DNA from: Octopus vulgaris
Lineage: Eukaryota
NCBI GenBank assembly: GCA_951406725.2
Contig: OX597814.1
Span: 27,094,001-27,158,000, forward strand
Direction of reading: 5' to 3'
Length of the DNA stretch: 64,000 nt
Position 1 is the stretch's first letter; every line of letters starts with the position of its first letter. The translations under genes and the position numbers were made by a program. The notes under the pieces are model-generated. The model was not told the DNA's origin and made no database searches. It saw only the letters and a program-made list of their open reading frames with translations. Below are positions 1 through 14,096 of the stretch, one piece after another.

Positions 1-266
1 AATATATTTTGCTCTCAAATTATTTTCATTTCAAATGAGAAAATGTTTGTTATCCAGTATATTTTGCACTTAGATTTAACAGCTACCAATGAACTGTTTC
101 ACTGAAAGAAAAAAAAACATACAACAGCAATTATTCGTAATACAAAAGAAATATTATCCAATAATTCCTGCCCCCTCCCTTCTCTGGTTATGCGTAAAAT
201 AACAGGTGATGTCTAGACAAATTCTATAACAAACCAAGTGAAGTTTGTAGTCTTATCTTGCTACAG

Positions 267-380
267 AACCTATCAAACCAAAGGTATATATTGCCGGTGT
301 TGGCTCCAGAACAGTGAATATCTCTTGGATGGCACCGACAAATGATCATATTGGTTACTCCATTGAATATCGAAAACTAG
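267..380 (+). CDS. Internal exon (phase 1-1) of an FN3-containing cell-surface protein; N-terminal half of a fibronectin type III domain
   Basis: Acceptor cttatcttgctacag|267 and donor 380|gtaaaa; 114 nt. Translates (E)PIKPKVYIAGVGSRTVNISWMAPTNDHIGYSIEYRKL(G), with the FN3 'V-x-I-S-W' and 'Y-x-I-E-Y-R' motifs. Joins in frame to 8103. Confidence 0.9.
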
Positions 381-3300
381 GTAAAAATTTCTTCACTCTT
401 CTTTTTCTCACCTATTTTCTATCATTATTTCTTCTAAACACATTTACTCAGAGAAAAACATACAAACATACACAAATATATGATTGTGTCTGTATGTGTG
501 TGTGTGTATATATAAAACATTTAAATGAGAAACAGTTCTACAAAGTGGTATAGTATTGTAATTGCAACAATGCTGCATTTTTATCAGTTTGCTGACAGAT
601 TTCACTTCTCATTATATGTAAAATGTATATATACATATACTGTTTAACAGTTCAAATTTTAATAACATTTACCCAGTGTTCCATTCATTTTCAAATCTTG
701 CTATTATGCCTGGTACACACAGATGGGAAAGAGTGATATACATACAAGAATATAATGGTGTCAACAGTATATCACTTTGAACAAGTTTTAAAAATCAAAA
801 AAGCAGTCAAAACATACATAAAATATTGGACAGTGTTTGTTTAGATTGAAGTGTTCAAAGAAAAAGTAAAATCTGTTAAAATAAATCAACAGTAAACTAT
901 TAAAAATGCAGTTTTCAATACTATATACAAATGTGTGTATGTGTGCGTATACATACACACATACACACCTGTATATATACACACACATATACACATATAT
1001 ACACATATTCACACAAATAAAAAATAAATCAAACAAGCTTCCTCTATCTTCTATTGAATTCCTTTTGTTCTTCCTCGCTCTAGTCTTTCTTATTTTCATT
1101 ACATTTCCCTTTGTCTAACTTCCTTGTCATCTTTATTTTGTTCATCTAACTTCAATTGATACCAATTTAGTTTCGAGTTAAATCTAACATCTTCAGTTAT
1201 TATCAATGATAAATTATTCACAAGTTTGTTTCTCAGTAAAAAAATATATATGTATAACAAATTAAGTATTTCTTTTAAAGGAAATCAATCATCTTTAGTT
1301 TCTTCAATATTTGCAATGTTTAAAACAAAAATTGTTTTCTGCTAGTAACCAGCAAAATAATTATCAAAAAATCTTTCTGAAACAAAATTCTGGAGATAGA
1401 TGCTGAAACAATTTTCTAAAATAATTTACTGAAAATAATTCTCTGAAATAATGTTCTGAAAACATTTTTAACAAAAATTAAGAAAACTTCTAAGAATTTT
1501 CTGTAGAAATACTGAAGACAATAACAAATTCTGAAAATAATTTCATGATGACAATCAGAATATTATTTACTGGGGAAACTTTGAGTGGAAACAAAGTTAA
1601 TGCCTTGTTCTGAATTATTTTAAAGATTTATAAAACCTGAAATTAGTTTCATAAACGTTTTTATTTCAGTCTAAATCTTAGGAATACTGTCAGGTGATTA
1701 TTAGGAATAACTATGGAATTAAGGACACAAGGAAACTAATATTTTCAATTCCTATCACATTTATCAAGAAGTATAAGAAATTATAAAATAGACTAAAAAT
1801 AGCACTGACATGAGAGTGGTACAAGTGAAGGCAGCTGCTAACCAGTTTCCAACTTCACATACATTTTATGCAGAATTCTTCAAATTTTTATTATTTCAGA
1901 CATTTGCAAGCTTTTATTTCTTCAACAAAATCTATTGTATAGAATGCATATTAGTATTAATTTGGCAATGTTGGTAATTTATGTTACTCTACTTGTGTGC
2001 ATAATCACAACAGAGTGATGATTTGACAGCAGCCACATTGCAAGTAATAATGATATTAATAATCAAAATGAGTTCAAATTCAATATACCATAAATTTAAG
2101 AAATATTTATGATAAAATCTAATAATTAAGAAAGATGCTATCCTCATCTTTAAAAAAATTACTTACCAGTTGTAATGGATTGTTTAGGTTTAAGAATTGC
2201 AGCAGGGTAACTTGATACAGCATTAGAAAATTGGTCAAAAGATTTATGGCTTTACATCCCATTGCAAACACTGCATTATGGTAATGTAGAACAAAAGTTC
2301 TTAACTGCTTTATGATTCTAGACTACAAAGGATTTTCCAATATATTTCTGCATCCCCTTTGCCAGGCTGTCAAAATCATCACTATTAGCAATCCTATTAG
2401 GTACCAGTATCATTTCAAAAGCTTAGTTTTATTTTAGATGCCAGTAACAAAGAACAGAACTGAAAACAAAATCATTGGGATTTTGTCATATTTGTAACAA
2501 TACTAGAAGTCAAGTCTCTTGGCCTTGGCCCTTGATTCCTATACTCACTTGCTAAGAACCTCTGATGTAAAAGGACGATGGGCAAGTGGAAATGATATTG
2601 GATTTCTGTTCATGAGCCCTGAGTTCAAATGTACTACTAGCACCTTGTGTTTCTGTTCAAAACATTTAAGTTGCCACTGTTTGAGTTTATTCTGATATTT
2701 GGAATAGGTTTCTGATGTTTGGAATAGATAACAGAACATTAAAGAATGTTCAGTGGTTCTGATTGTAGAGTGTACGTAATTGTTTGTACATAAAAGTTTA
2801 TACTACATTAACCTCAGTGCATGATGAGTTTAATGTGGGACACACTATTAAATAGGTATCATCTTTAGTCACAAGTGATGGCCATTACTTTATTTTTGTA
2901 CAGCAAAAATTTATAACTCTGGTTAGCTCAGTACAGCTTTCTGTAAATAGGTACGAGTTGGTAACTCTAAATGCAGTAAGAATCAAAGGCAATAATAAAT
3001 AAATATTTATTTGTTTATAATGTTCATTTATGGTCCACCTTTGAAACTGGAACAGGCAACAAGAAATGACCCACCCCACCCCAGTATATTTTTCTTAAAT
3101 ACAATGTTAGTTGAGATCAACTTTAATGCATTGGTTGATCCTTATATCTAGTTAAGTGCAGGCTAATATATCAAATAAAGGGAATAAAAAATAATATTTA
3201 ATGAATTAAAATTATGTCTTAGTGAGAAAAAAAATCCTTAACATTAATGACAACTCTTGTCAAGAAAGGAAGGAGAGGACTCTGAAATTTGTATTGATTT

Positions 3301-5038
3301 AAAAACTTAAACGGGTGCATGCAGCAGAGGAATGGGTGTGATTTTTAGCAAGTATGGCAACAAATACAGACATGTTTCAGTCTTATTCAACCACCTCATT
3401 AAAATCTAGTTCAGCTAATACTTACAGACATTAGGAATTTGTTTTAATATAGGGATGTCTTAATATAGGAATATAGATGTTAAATGGTGATGATGATGAT
3501 GACAGTGAGCTAAATAGAATGTTTCATCAAATTGAAATTATGCTCATAATGAGAAGAAAAGCCATTAGCATTAGCAGTAACCCCTATCAAGTAAAGCAAG
3601 TTATACCTTCACTCACAAAGCCATTTTCACCAGCAAGCATGTCTGTTTATATAATTAATTTCTCTGAACTAGAGTTGATAAAACTAGCACCAATTCAATA
3701 CTAGGTACTAATCAAATATATCCGCCCCCTCAAAATGTAAGGCTTTATGCCTATATTAGAAATCAATATTTCAGACTTATTTCTTATCTTAAATTTCAAA
3801 TGCTATCTTTAAAAACAGTAATATACTTGAAGTCAGTTGTACCTCAGAAAATAATATTTTCAAACTCAGAAACCACCTAACTTAATATTATTGCTACTAT
3901 TTTATTTTAATATCTACTATTTTATCGTTACGAACAGACTATTTGACTTCCTAAACATCATAGCTGCTTTTAAACAATATTAAGCAAAAAATATGTAGAT
4001 TAATACAATTTTTAGCAATGAATTGATAAATCTACACTAAACTATAATAATAAAAATAATAATAATAATTATAAGTTTATTGTATATAGTGCTACAACAG
4101 AACATACACCCTGGCCCGGTTTGCTAGGTGTCCTTAGCAATCCCTTCTCAATATAATATAACACAGCTAGAATGCTTGTATCTACATGCATCCATGTTAT
4201 GCTGCTAAATTTTTGCATTCTGCATTATACTGTTACAGTAGCTCCAGTTTTAATTATATTCATTAGAAAAGCCAATTAGTAAGTTCATATTCTTAATTAA
4301 ATAACCTTCATTTAGTTTAGCACCTAGTCCTTCAGTGACTTTAGCAAAGTCTTCTCTATGACAAGCACTTGGGCCTGATTTCCAGTCTGAGGACAATTCC
4401 CTCCCCTTCTTTCCATCCAATTTTTGAATCCTTGTACTGCATTTTTCCATCCGACTAAATTATAAAAGGAATTATCACCATAAAAACAATTCAGCTTGGC
4501 CTACCCGTACATACCTGTTGAAATTATAGGAGACGTTTTCATAAATGATAGGAAAATGATACAAGATGATTATTATATACCTAGGGTAGCCAAGTGGCAT
4601 ATTTTTTTGAAAAGACATAGCACATATTAAATAAGACATATATACTGCTACATGATTTTACTCAAAAATGTACACTGGTTAATCTGTGTTCATTGAAGGA
4701 TTTTATTGAGTTCTTATTTTTCAGTTGTTATTTGGACAAAATTCTAGATGGCAGGATGTTAAAACCATTTTAGGGAAAATAGCACTGAAACACAAGATTA
4801 TTTCAGGAGCTGCACATAATACCTTGGAGAGCCACATGCAATTAATGACATTCCTTTTAATTACTGTTTATAAACCATTATTTAAATAAATGACATTTTC
4901 ACTTTCTACTTGCTTTATGAATTTAGAAAGTCATTTGAATTTAGCCAAGGTATATATTTGTCTATTTATAATAAATAATTTCATAGAAATATTATGTTTT
5001 TACATGCATGTGTGTTTGCCTGTATGTGATTACATATA

Positions 5039-5072
<34 letters not shown>

Positions 5073-5292
5073 CATACACACACACATACACATGCACTTA
5101 TAAACACACATAAATACATCCTCACCTATTTCGATAAGCATATATTTGTCGTCCTGAATAAGTTTTACCTAGCAATATATGCTTTCAGAAAATTTTAGAA
5201 AATGTCGATAATTATGAAGAAACAAGTTTGTTTATAAGAATAAATAAATAAATAAATATCTAAATTTTGTTGCTAACCCTCCCATTTACCCT

Positions 5293-5325
<33 letters not shown>

Positions 5326-5782
5326 ATCTATCTATCTATCTATTCTTACTTTCTTTCCAAACAAGAATTTCTATTCTACACTAACACACTAATTTTCTTG
5401 GTACATTTTATTTCTTTCTTCTTGGTGTTTTATCAATCAATTAATACAGATATTAAAACAAACAAAACTTTTGCAAGTTAAACAAACAAATACTTTTTTT
5501 TTAATTTAAACAATATTTGTATATTTGCTGACTCAAATTCTTCAATGACAAGTCAAATTATGAGTTAATTCCTTAAAACACCACAAGTCTAAGTGTTTTG
5601 TTTTTTTTTTATAAAATCAAATTAAAATAAAAAGCAATATATAAAGAAAATATATGATTTAATTTGTGTTTTTTCCTTTTAAGAATCATTTCCTGAAATT
5701 AAAAGCTATTTAAAAATCATTATGAGGATATTGAACCGAAAAATTAAAGCAAACCACTCACAATATCAAGACAAGTCTAATT

Positions 5783-5818
<36 letters not shown>

Positions 5819-5929
5819 TAATAACCTTTAAGAATGTATAAAATATCTAAATATCTAATTATCAATCTTCATTTTAATTATTCTAATTATAAGAGAAACT
5901 ACAAATAAATATTGTCTGTAATGCATGTA

Positions 5930-5975
<46 letters not shown>

Positions 5976-6730
5976 GGGGGATTAAATAAAAGGAAAATAA
6001 ATAGTATAACTTATTTAGGAATGTTCTGTTGTGTTGGGGAGAGTCTTTTTCTTTTAGTGCCTTATAATTTAACACACTCACCGGTAAAATTTCCACTTAT
6101 TTCTTTTTTATTTTTCTAAAATATTCATTGGGTCTTACAACCTTTTCAATAGGAAATATATTTCATTCTAACTTTCAACGAATCATATATCCTAGGTTCA
6201 AATAGGATATTCAGAACATTGCATAGAAAATAATTCTGAAATTCTTGTCATAATGAAAACAGTATGTCAAATAGTCCTAAAAGAACCGAGCAAAAGTGTC
6301 GGTGACAATTTTCCGCAGGGAAGTAACTCTTATATATATATTTGTAAGATTTGCCTCCCCTGTTTGATTTTTTATTGTCTATATAAAATCTGTTGAGTTC
6401 TACATATTTTCAATTATGCAACTAAACATAATATGAATAAATTATCTGGTTTAAAGCAACTTTTCTATTTATTTAGAAACAAATAAGTTATTCATTTTCC
6501 TTTAATATGTATCAAAGAGTAAATTTCAATTTATTGTTTAAGAAACAATTATCGAGTTTAGTCATCGGAAAAGAGGACAATCAGTAGAAAACAGGGAAGA
6601 AATTTAACATTTCCACAATTATACAGCATATCAGCGGATATCAATGTTCCCCTCTAGAAAACGCGGAGCAATTCAAAAGTATTTGTAAATAAAATATTAT
6701 TTATACTTGAATTAATGTTTATAATTAATA

Positions 6731-6768
<38 letters not shown>

Positions 6769-6888
6769 CATGACGAACGTATGTAAATGAAAGGTAACTT
6801 AAAATATATATAGATACTTTGAGAAGTTTCATATAATTAATTTATTAAACATTGAGAAATATATAAATATAGCGAAACGAGATAAATT

Positions 6889-6919
<31 letters not shown>

Positions 6920-8102
6920 ATTCATATCTTGCCTATCGATAGGGGAGATAACTCTTACAGCAAAACCGAATGTTTTCAAACTATTTTTCCAGATTACCTC
7001 TGAAATTTTTATCAGCAGATAGATTAACTAATATAGAAGCTTGTATTATTTGATATTACAATTGATAATGTGCAAAACATAGAAGAGCTTCGCTCAGGAG
7101 TTTTCGGTGATGGTTTTTTTGGTATTTCATATACTATAAAGAACATTAATCTCATTGCTCATTTTAGTTCAAAGAATGCCTAATAGACAAATCAGTAGTT
7201 TTGTGCAAGCCAAACATTAAATAACTGAAGTAAAATTTAAATCACACAAGATAATCTATTTCATATTCCTTTGAAAATGCAGAAACACTGGAATAACTTG
7301 TATGTATTTGCAACAAGTATACACATATGTATTTATTTATATATACATTAACTTAGGGACTCAACAGTTAGGCAAGCAATGAAACATAATATTAGATTAA
7401 TTGGAAAAATGATTGCAAATGATTTGTAAAACTTGCATCACTAAAGAATTTCAACTTACCACATGAAATGTTTAAAGTGTAATAAATCATAATTTAAACT
7501 TGTTTAAATTAAGACAGTTGCATGAAATTAATTTGTGAAGAAAATAAGCAAATCAGTAACAAACAAATCATTGATAATTTAATGCATTTTCAGTTATTTA
7601 TATTTGAAATTTTTTTTATTTAAAATATGTTCATAAAAATTAAAATACTTTGTAGTACATAAAATCTTCTTGAAATCTATGTTAAACTTTATCAATGTAA
7701 TCTTTGAAAAAATAGATATGTTTTTATCCATACATAAATAAATTTTAAAAAATAAACTATAGAAACACTTTAGCATTAACCAATTAATTACTTTAATTTG
7801 TGATTTAATTATAACTAAAGTAAAAAAAAAAGTTTAAGTTCTTGCATTTTAAAGTTATAATAAAATAAAATAAATAAAATCCAAAGAAAAATTATGAATA
7901 AATTCCAAAACATTCTTGTCAAGTCTGATACTCTTCTTTTCTTCTACTCTTACCATTTTACATCCATCACCACCACTACTAATACTACTACTATTACAAC
8001 CACTTTGCTGCTGCCACCACCACTGCTGGTGCACATCTCTGCTTCTACCACAAACAAACTTTCTGCAAACTTTCTGAATATTCAAACTGTTTTGGGTGGT
8101 AG

Positions 8103-8264
8103 GTGATGAATCGTGGCAAGCTACACGATATCTGTGGAGGAAAAAGTGGAGTCTCTTAGGTTATCTGGAACCAGGGACAAGATATCAAATCCGTGTGGCT
8201 GCTCAGAATAACGTCGGTGATAAAGCATCCAGCAGAGTTTTAGAAGTTCAAACTGCTTTCCAAG
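8103..8264 (+). CDS. Internal exon (phase 1-1); C-terminal half of the same FN3 domain
   Basis: Acceptor ...gggtggtag|8103 (weak pyrimidine tract) and donor 8264|gtaggt; 162 nt with no stops. Translates (G)DESWQATRYLWRKKWSLLGYLEPGTRYQIRVAAQNNVGDKASSRVLEVQTAFQ, with the canonical FN3 'L-x-P-x-T-x-Y-x-I-R-V-x-A-x-N' motif. Missed by the ORF track. Confidence 0.92.
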
Positions 8265-9319
8265 GTAGGTAAAGAGGAGAGGGCATGTTCATGTATGAGG
8301 TTTTTGATAAAACACTCCTCTCCCTGCAACCAAACCCAAGAAAACACATCATCCTGCAATATCTATTATCACCCATTTTGAAATTCCTTTTTATAAACTT
8401 TTTGAAATCTTTATTATTTATTTGTTTATTTATTTGCACTTATCTTAATGGAGTCTTATTTAAAGAATTATTGTGGACCTTGAAATGAATATATGGCTAT
8501 TGTAGCCAATATCACCATCACGTAGCAATATGTTGTCATGGTAAACATCATCACCATTTTCATTAATGTTAACACTCCGATTGTTTATATGACAAATAAT
8601 CTTCACAAACTGCAACTGTGACCATTCTCCTATCACTGCATGTTTGTTCACTAAATGTATAGCATTGGTTTTTTTACCATTTCCTGTCTAAATTTAACAT
8701 TATGTTAAATGTAGACAACATTTCGTGAAGAATGAGTTGTAAATCTTTTTATTTTTTCAGCAGTCATGTATCATAAGACAATATTGTTACACAGGTCAAT
8801 AACGAGGGGGAGGTTACTGTTGTCATTATAATTTTTAAAAAATTTTGTTTATGTAAACCTGAATTTTATTTATTTATTTATTTATCATACTGGAATTATA
8901 TGTCAGAATTCAGGAACTGAAAGGATCATAATATTCTGCTGACCAAGAATCAAAATAAAACTTCTTCAAAACAATTATAATTTACTTCCTCTTGTTATTG
9001 TATTTCTGTTTTCATAGCTACATGATTTTTTAATATATTTCTGAATGTCTAACTGTTAGTATAACTTATTTTGATGCAAGATTATTACAATTTAGTAAAA
9101 CTTCACTACAGCATCATTATGTAGTTGATTCATATGTATGTCACGTGAATAATATCTTCATCATACTCTGGTAAAAAAAAAACTCTGTTGTAACTCTAAA
9201 AGTCAAATTAAACCAGGGGAGAATTAGCAGGGATTATTACCAGGAATGTGACATGAACTGCTCAAATGACTTTGTCTTTTGTGATATAATTATGTAGCTA
9301 ACACATTTGCTTCTCAAAT

Positions 9320-9430
9320 ACATACTTTTTGGTCACACTTTGACCAAGTGTCTTCTACCATAACCCCAGGCTCATTAATATCTTGTGAGTGGAATTTGGA
9401 AGATTGGAATTGTATGGAAACCTAGCAGAG
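9320..9430 (+). mobile_element. Degenerate SINE fragment (family with 'caagtgtcttctac...ttgtgagtggaatttgg' body)
   Basis: The same body occurs in reverse orientation at ~56165-56285, next to a tRNA-like head. Confidence 0.55.
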
Positions 9431-9519
9431 GGGCCACATCTGCTCTTGTGTAGTACATTAAATCTATCAACCAATTTTATATAAACATCTGGCCCTCAGG
9501 TATCTTTAGTGAATGCAAG

Positions 9520-10125
9520 TATTTGGACCAAGTATCCGAAAGAAATGTTTTGCACAATTTGTTTCGGCCATTTTTACATTTCTGATTTCAAATCCCACTA
9601 AGGCCAATCCTTTAGGGATTGATGAAATAAACTACCAGTACTACACTCAATTCGATAGACTACTTCTTTCACCACCAATTTTTGTGGCCCATTATTTTTA
9701 TCATTGGAAGTGTCATAAAAAGTGTTTTGAAGTACTTGCTCAATCTCTTTACATTTTGTGCTCAATTTCCACTAAGGTCAACAGTGCTTTCATCGTCCCA
9801 AGGTCAATAAAATAAAGTACCAGTTGCATACAAAAGTCAATTAAATCAATTAACCATTCCCCCATGTCTCAGGTTCTGAACCTATAACAGAAACAACTAT
9901 TATTATTATTATTACAACCATGGATTGGCAGAATCATTAGAATTATCAGATGGAATGCCATGCTGCATTAGTTCTGGTATTTTACATTCTGAGTTCAAAT
10001 CCTAACATGGTCATCTTTGCCTTTCATTCTCGTCAAAATGCTAGTCAAGAACAGAGGAAGTTCAATTTAATCAAGTAATTTATCCTCACAGAGGTACTGG
10101 TTTTGTGCCTAAAGTAGAAACAATT
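9520..10125 (+). mobile_element. Three tandem degenerate copies of a tRNA-derived SINE
   Basis: The motif 'tttacatt-tg-g-tcaaat-cc...ggtc...gcctttcat...ataaaataagtaccagt' repeats at ~9570, ~9750 and ~9980 and matches the better copy at 44445-44652. Confidence 0.65.
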
Positions 10126-10769
10126 ATCATTATATATATATATTTGCAAGGCCAAAAATTTGTTGGTGTTAACTATTTGACTAGAATGTTAGGACCAAAC
10201 AAAATATGAAGAGGCTTACTTATCAGTAGTCTGGTAATTCTAAAATCCATTAACATGTCAACTAATAATAATGATTATTATTACTCAATATTATTGTATT
10301 TTGCTTTATAGTATTTTCTTTAGAAGATATTCATGACTATATATATATATATATATATATTCTGATTATACTTAACAAATATATTCCAGGAAATCTAGTT
10401 AAATGAACAGATATTTAATTATTTGATTGAATCAAATTGAAATTTTTATACACAGAAGGAAATATGAGGGAAGAAAGGATGGGGTTTATGTGATATCATA
10501 CGAAAATTTTTGCTGTAATTGTATAAATTTCACCTATCAATGATTTCTGTCAACAACTCCAGTAATTCCATGAAAAATGAACACAGACCACAGACATAAA
10601 TTCATTGTATGCACAAACAAAGAATATTGAATTTACACCTGTATGCACAAGCATGAAATACACTTCCTTGTATACTTCCTGTACTCAATATGCAGAAAAC
10701 TTTCCAAAAAATAAAATAGCCAAAAATTAGAGGTAATTAATTACAAATTCAATTCATAGAATGTACTTA

Positions 10770-10811
10770 TTCCTCTCTCTCTCTATCTCTCTCTATCTCT
10801 ATCTATCTATT

Positions 10812-10904
<93 letters not shown>

Positions 10905-10925
10905 AGCTAGCTATCTACCTATCTT
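10770..10925. repeat. (CT)n/(CTAT)n compound microsatellite
   Basis: Directly visible. Confidence 0.95.
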
Positions 10926-11056
10926 TGTTGCACACTTATGAGGAAGTTTAAGTATGGTGCTTACATACTGGATCTTTTCAATAATAACCAATAAGCCAAT
11001 TCTAGATCCATCCACTAACATATGTCAATATGAATATGTGTGAGTGTATGTGTGTG

Positions 11057-11103
<47 letters not shown>

Positions 11104-12171
11104 GAGATCCTGTGATGAAAATGAATATTGTTGAAACTCAGTACAATGATTGTAAACAAATTATAAGTTGCACATATTTATCTTATTCCATTTTTTTTTC
11201 TTTTTCTGATACCAAAGTACTAAAATATTCAAATATGCATCAACAACCAGACTTTTTATTCCACTCAGGAAATATTTTGACAATTAAAGAATGTTGCAAA
11301 GAATTTTGCTGATGCTTTCAAACCATTTAACTATTATTTGTACAAAACCTTTTACCTTTAAACTTAATAAATATTTATTTGTCCAATGTAGTGTAATAAA
11401 GTGATAACTGATATAAATTTGAAACATTTGATTAATGTCATAAATATTTAATTCATAACCTTCAGTGCCATTCTATCAGGAAATGATCAAACCAAAAGTG
11501 TTCTATTTATTCAGTTCAAATTAGTCTGTTTGCATTTTATGCAAATTTATAACTTTTCTCTAACAAATCTAAGAATATATATTATAATTAATATTATAAC
11601 TAATGAGAAAAAAAAACAGCTTTGCAGATGCGTAACCATCACATCTGTATGTAACATTATCTTAACTACTAATACAGGAAATAATTAAACCTTATTAAAT
11701 ATCAACCAATCTTCCTCTTAAGTCTTACGCCTTATTAGACAGAATTTTTTCTTCTAATCAAGCCTTGTAATGACAGCACCATTTCTTCATCAGTCATTCA
11801 CATCTTTTTGATACATTACTTTATATTCCTTTTGTTAATAGGTGTGTTCCCCAATCAATTCATCCAGCAACTCACATGATTTGTTTAAGGGAACTCATCT
11901 ATTACATGATTAAACTATTTCAATATATCACCCACCATATTTAATGAATATTGTATTGTTAAGGTCTTTTTATGAACAGTATCAAAAATGTACAATGATT
12001 TATCCTATTTTATCACTAAATCATTGTCTTAATAGAGTGAACTACCCTACGTTCTATCTGCTATATTAAAACTGCATGTTTTTCAAGCCACGATGAACTT
12101 CATGTTCTCCCATTGCGCTGCATGATGCTTAATACAAATTGCTTGCTCTTTATGTTTATTATCTCTTTTAG

Positions 12172-12198
12172 ATTCAGCTTTTCTTTCTCTAGAACAAG
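12172..12198 (+). CDS. Candidate 27-nt microexon (phase 1-1) encoding (D)SAFLSLEQ; a nested acceptor would give a 6-nt exon at 12193-12198
   Basis: Acceptor tttattatctcttttag|12172 and perfect donor CAAG|gtaagt at 12199. Frame-preserving between exons 8103-8264 and 19174-. Confidence 0.6.
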
Positions 12199-12295
12199 GT
12201 AAGTAAAGAAAGAGAATCATGTAAAAATAATTTCATTCTGGGCACAAAAAGAAAACAATGTCTCTCAAAATACATGAAATTTTACATGAAAAGTA

Positions 12296-12332
<37 letters not shown>

Positions 12333-13145
12333 AAGTTGCTACATAAAATTTCATCTTGATCATTTGGTGATTGGCATTAAGATATTTGAAGCTTGCATAT
12401 ATACATGCCACTTGATTTTCTTTCAGCAACACTAAAAACAACTTGACACAAATTCTAGCTCCTCACATAAACATATGACAAAGTTTAAAAAATTCTAATG
12501 AAAGCACGCATGGTAAACTTATAAATGTGAAAACTAATGATTAGTGACAAAAAATGTTTCGCAGGGATTCTTTGTATGTAGGAGGATTTTTAATGGAAAA
12601 AAAGGAAATTTCACTAAAGTGATTTTACTTCTGGGTATAGTTAAGAAATAAGAATATAAATAAATAAATAAATCTGTAATTGTACATATATATAAATTTG
12701 GCATTTATATATTTAGCTAAATTGGTTTTATGACTACAGAATATGTAGTTTGGCTTGCAGTGGATGATTTTTTTTTAATATGTAGAGAAATTTGGAGGTC
12801 AAATATAAATTAACTCATGGTTTATATTATGTGTGCACATATGCTATGCATGATGTCACACATGTATTCGCATGCACATACATGAACTCACACAAATGCA
12901 CATGCAAATGAGTGTGCATTCATGCACAGGCAAACATGTCTGTGTATACTCAGATATTTACATACACTTCCTTGTGCTATGTTCCCACTTTCAATATACA
13001 CATGTAGGTATGCACATATTCATATATGTACATGCACACACAGACACACACACATGCATACATGCATGCACATACATGCATACTCACACACACATACACA
13101 CATACACATGAATATACATCCATGCATTAACAACAGGTATACAAA

Positions 13146-13365
13146 TATTGGTTTCAAATTTTGGAACAAGGCCAATAATTTTAGGGGAGGAAGTAAGTCA
13201 ATTACATCAACCCCAGAGCTCAACTGGCACTTATTTTACCAACCCCTAAATGGACGAAAGGCAAGGTCAACTGTGACAGCATTTGAACCCAAAACAAAAT
13301 CGGAAGAAATACCACAAAGCATTTTTCCTGCCACACTGACAATCCTCCCAGCTCGATGCCTTATA
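13146..13365 (-). mobile_element. Near full-length tRNA-derived SINE, reverse orientation
   Basis: The reverse complement aligns end to end with the copy at 44445-44652 (gggttcaaat...ttgcctttc...aaaataagt-ccagttgagc-ctgggg...aatttgaaaccaat). Confidence 0.8.
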
Positions 13366-14053
13366 AACGTACAAATATAAAAAGCTTGAATGTTAAAATT
13401 GCATAAAACTAATTGAGTGCTAATTCACTTTTACAAAATAAGTTACAAAATTTTTTTAAAGCGCTAAAGAAATAACTTAATTATCTGGAAACTGATTAAA
13501 ACATTTTAACTTATATAAATTAGGCAAGCGCCATAAATGCATATATATGCATGTACTACATGTATAAGATCTGTATAATACATGTATTCTATGGTTGTAT
13601 GCTCACATTATCAATAAATGAAATTATATGAACAGAGAAATATGGGAACACAAGGCAATTTAAAAAGAACAAAATGCATATATGGATGCATACATCTATG
13701 CATCTGTGTCATGCACACATGAGCCTATTTACATTTATGCTAATGTTCTTATGCACTCATACACATCTGTGCACATACATACAAACATATATGTGTGTGT
13801 GTACTAACAGATGCACACATATTTGCATATATGTGTGTTTAATATGCAATACACTCATGTAGCTATTAGAATGCTTATAGATACATACAAATGCATGTGT
13901 GAATATATTCAACTGTAATTCATCCTTAGTTCACATAAAAATATATGCCAGTTAATATGAGCATTACACACACACACACACACACCTACATATATAGATA
14001 TAAATGCAACTATCCATACATAATGTAAATAACTAAATGAGTCTATCTATCTA

Positions 14054-14092
<39 letters not shown>

Positions 14093-14096
<4 letters not shown>

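Noticed and set aside
1800-2900. Slightly more complex intronic sequence suggesting a decayed transposase
   Set aside because: No recognisable motif in the frames I translated.
4496-4840. 'ttggcctacccgta' / 'tagggtagccaa' resembling hAT-type terminal inverted repeats
   Set aside because: The match is short and imperfect, and no TSD or second terminus could be defined.
8761-8831. Strong acceptor ttttattttttcag|8761 giving AVMYHKTILLHRSITRGRLLLSL* in phase 1 (possible secreted isoform)
   Set aside because: Nearby donors are weak and not frame-preserving, the peptide is uninformative, and such acceptors are common by chance in AT-rich introns.
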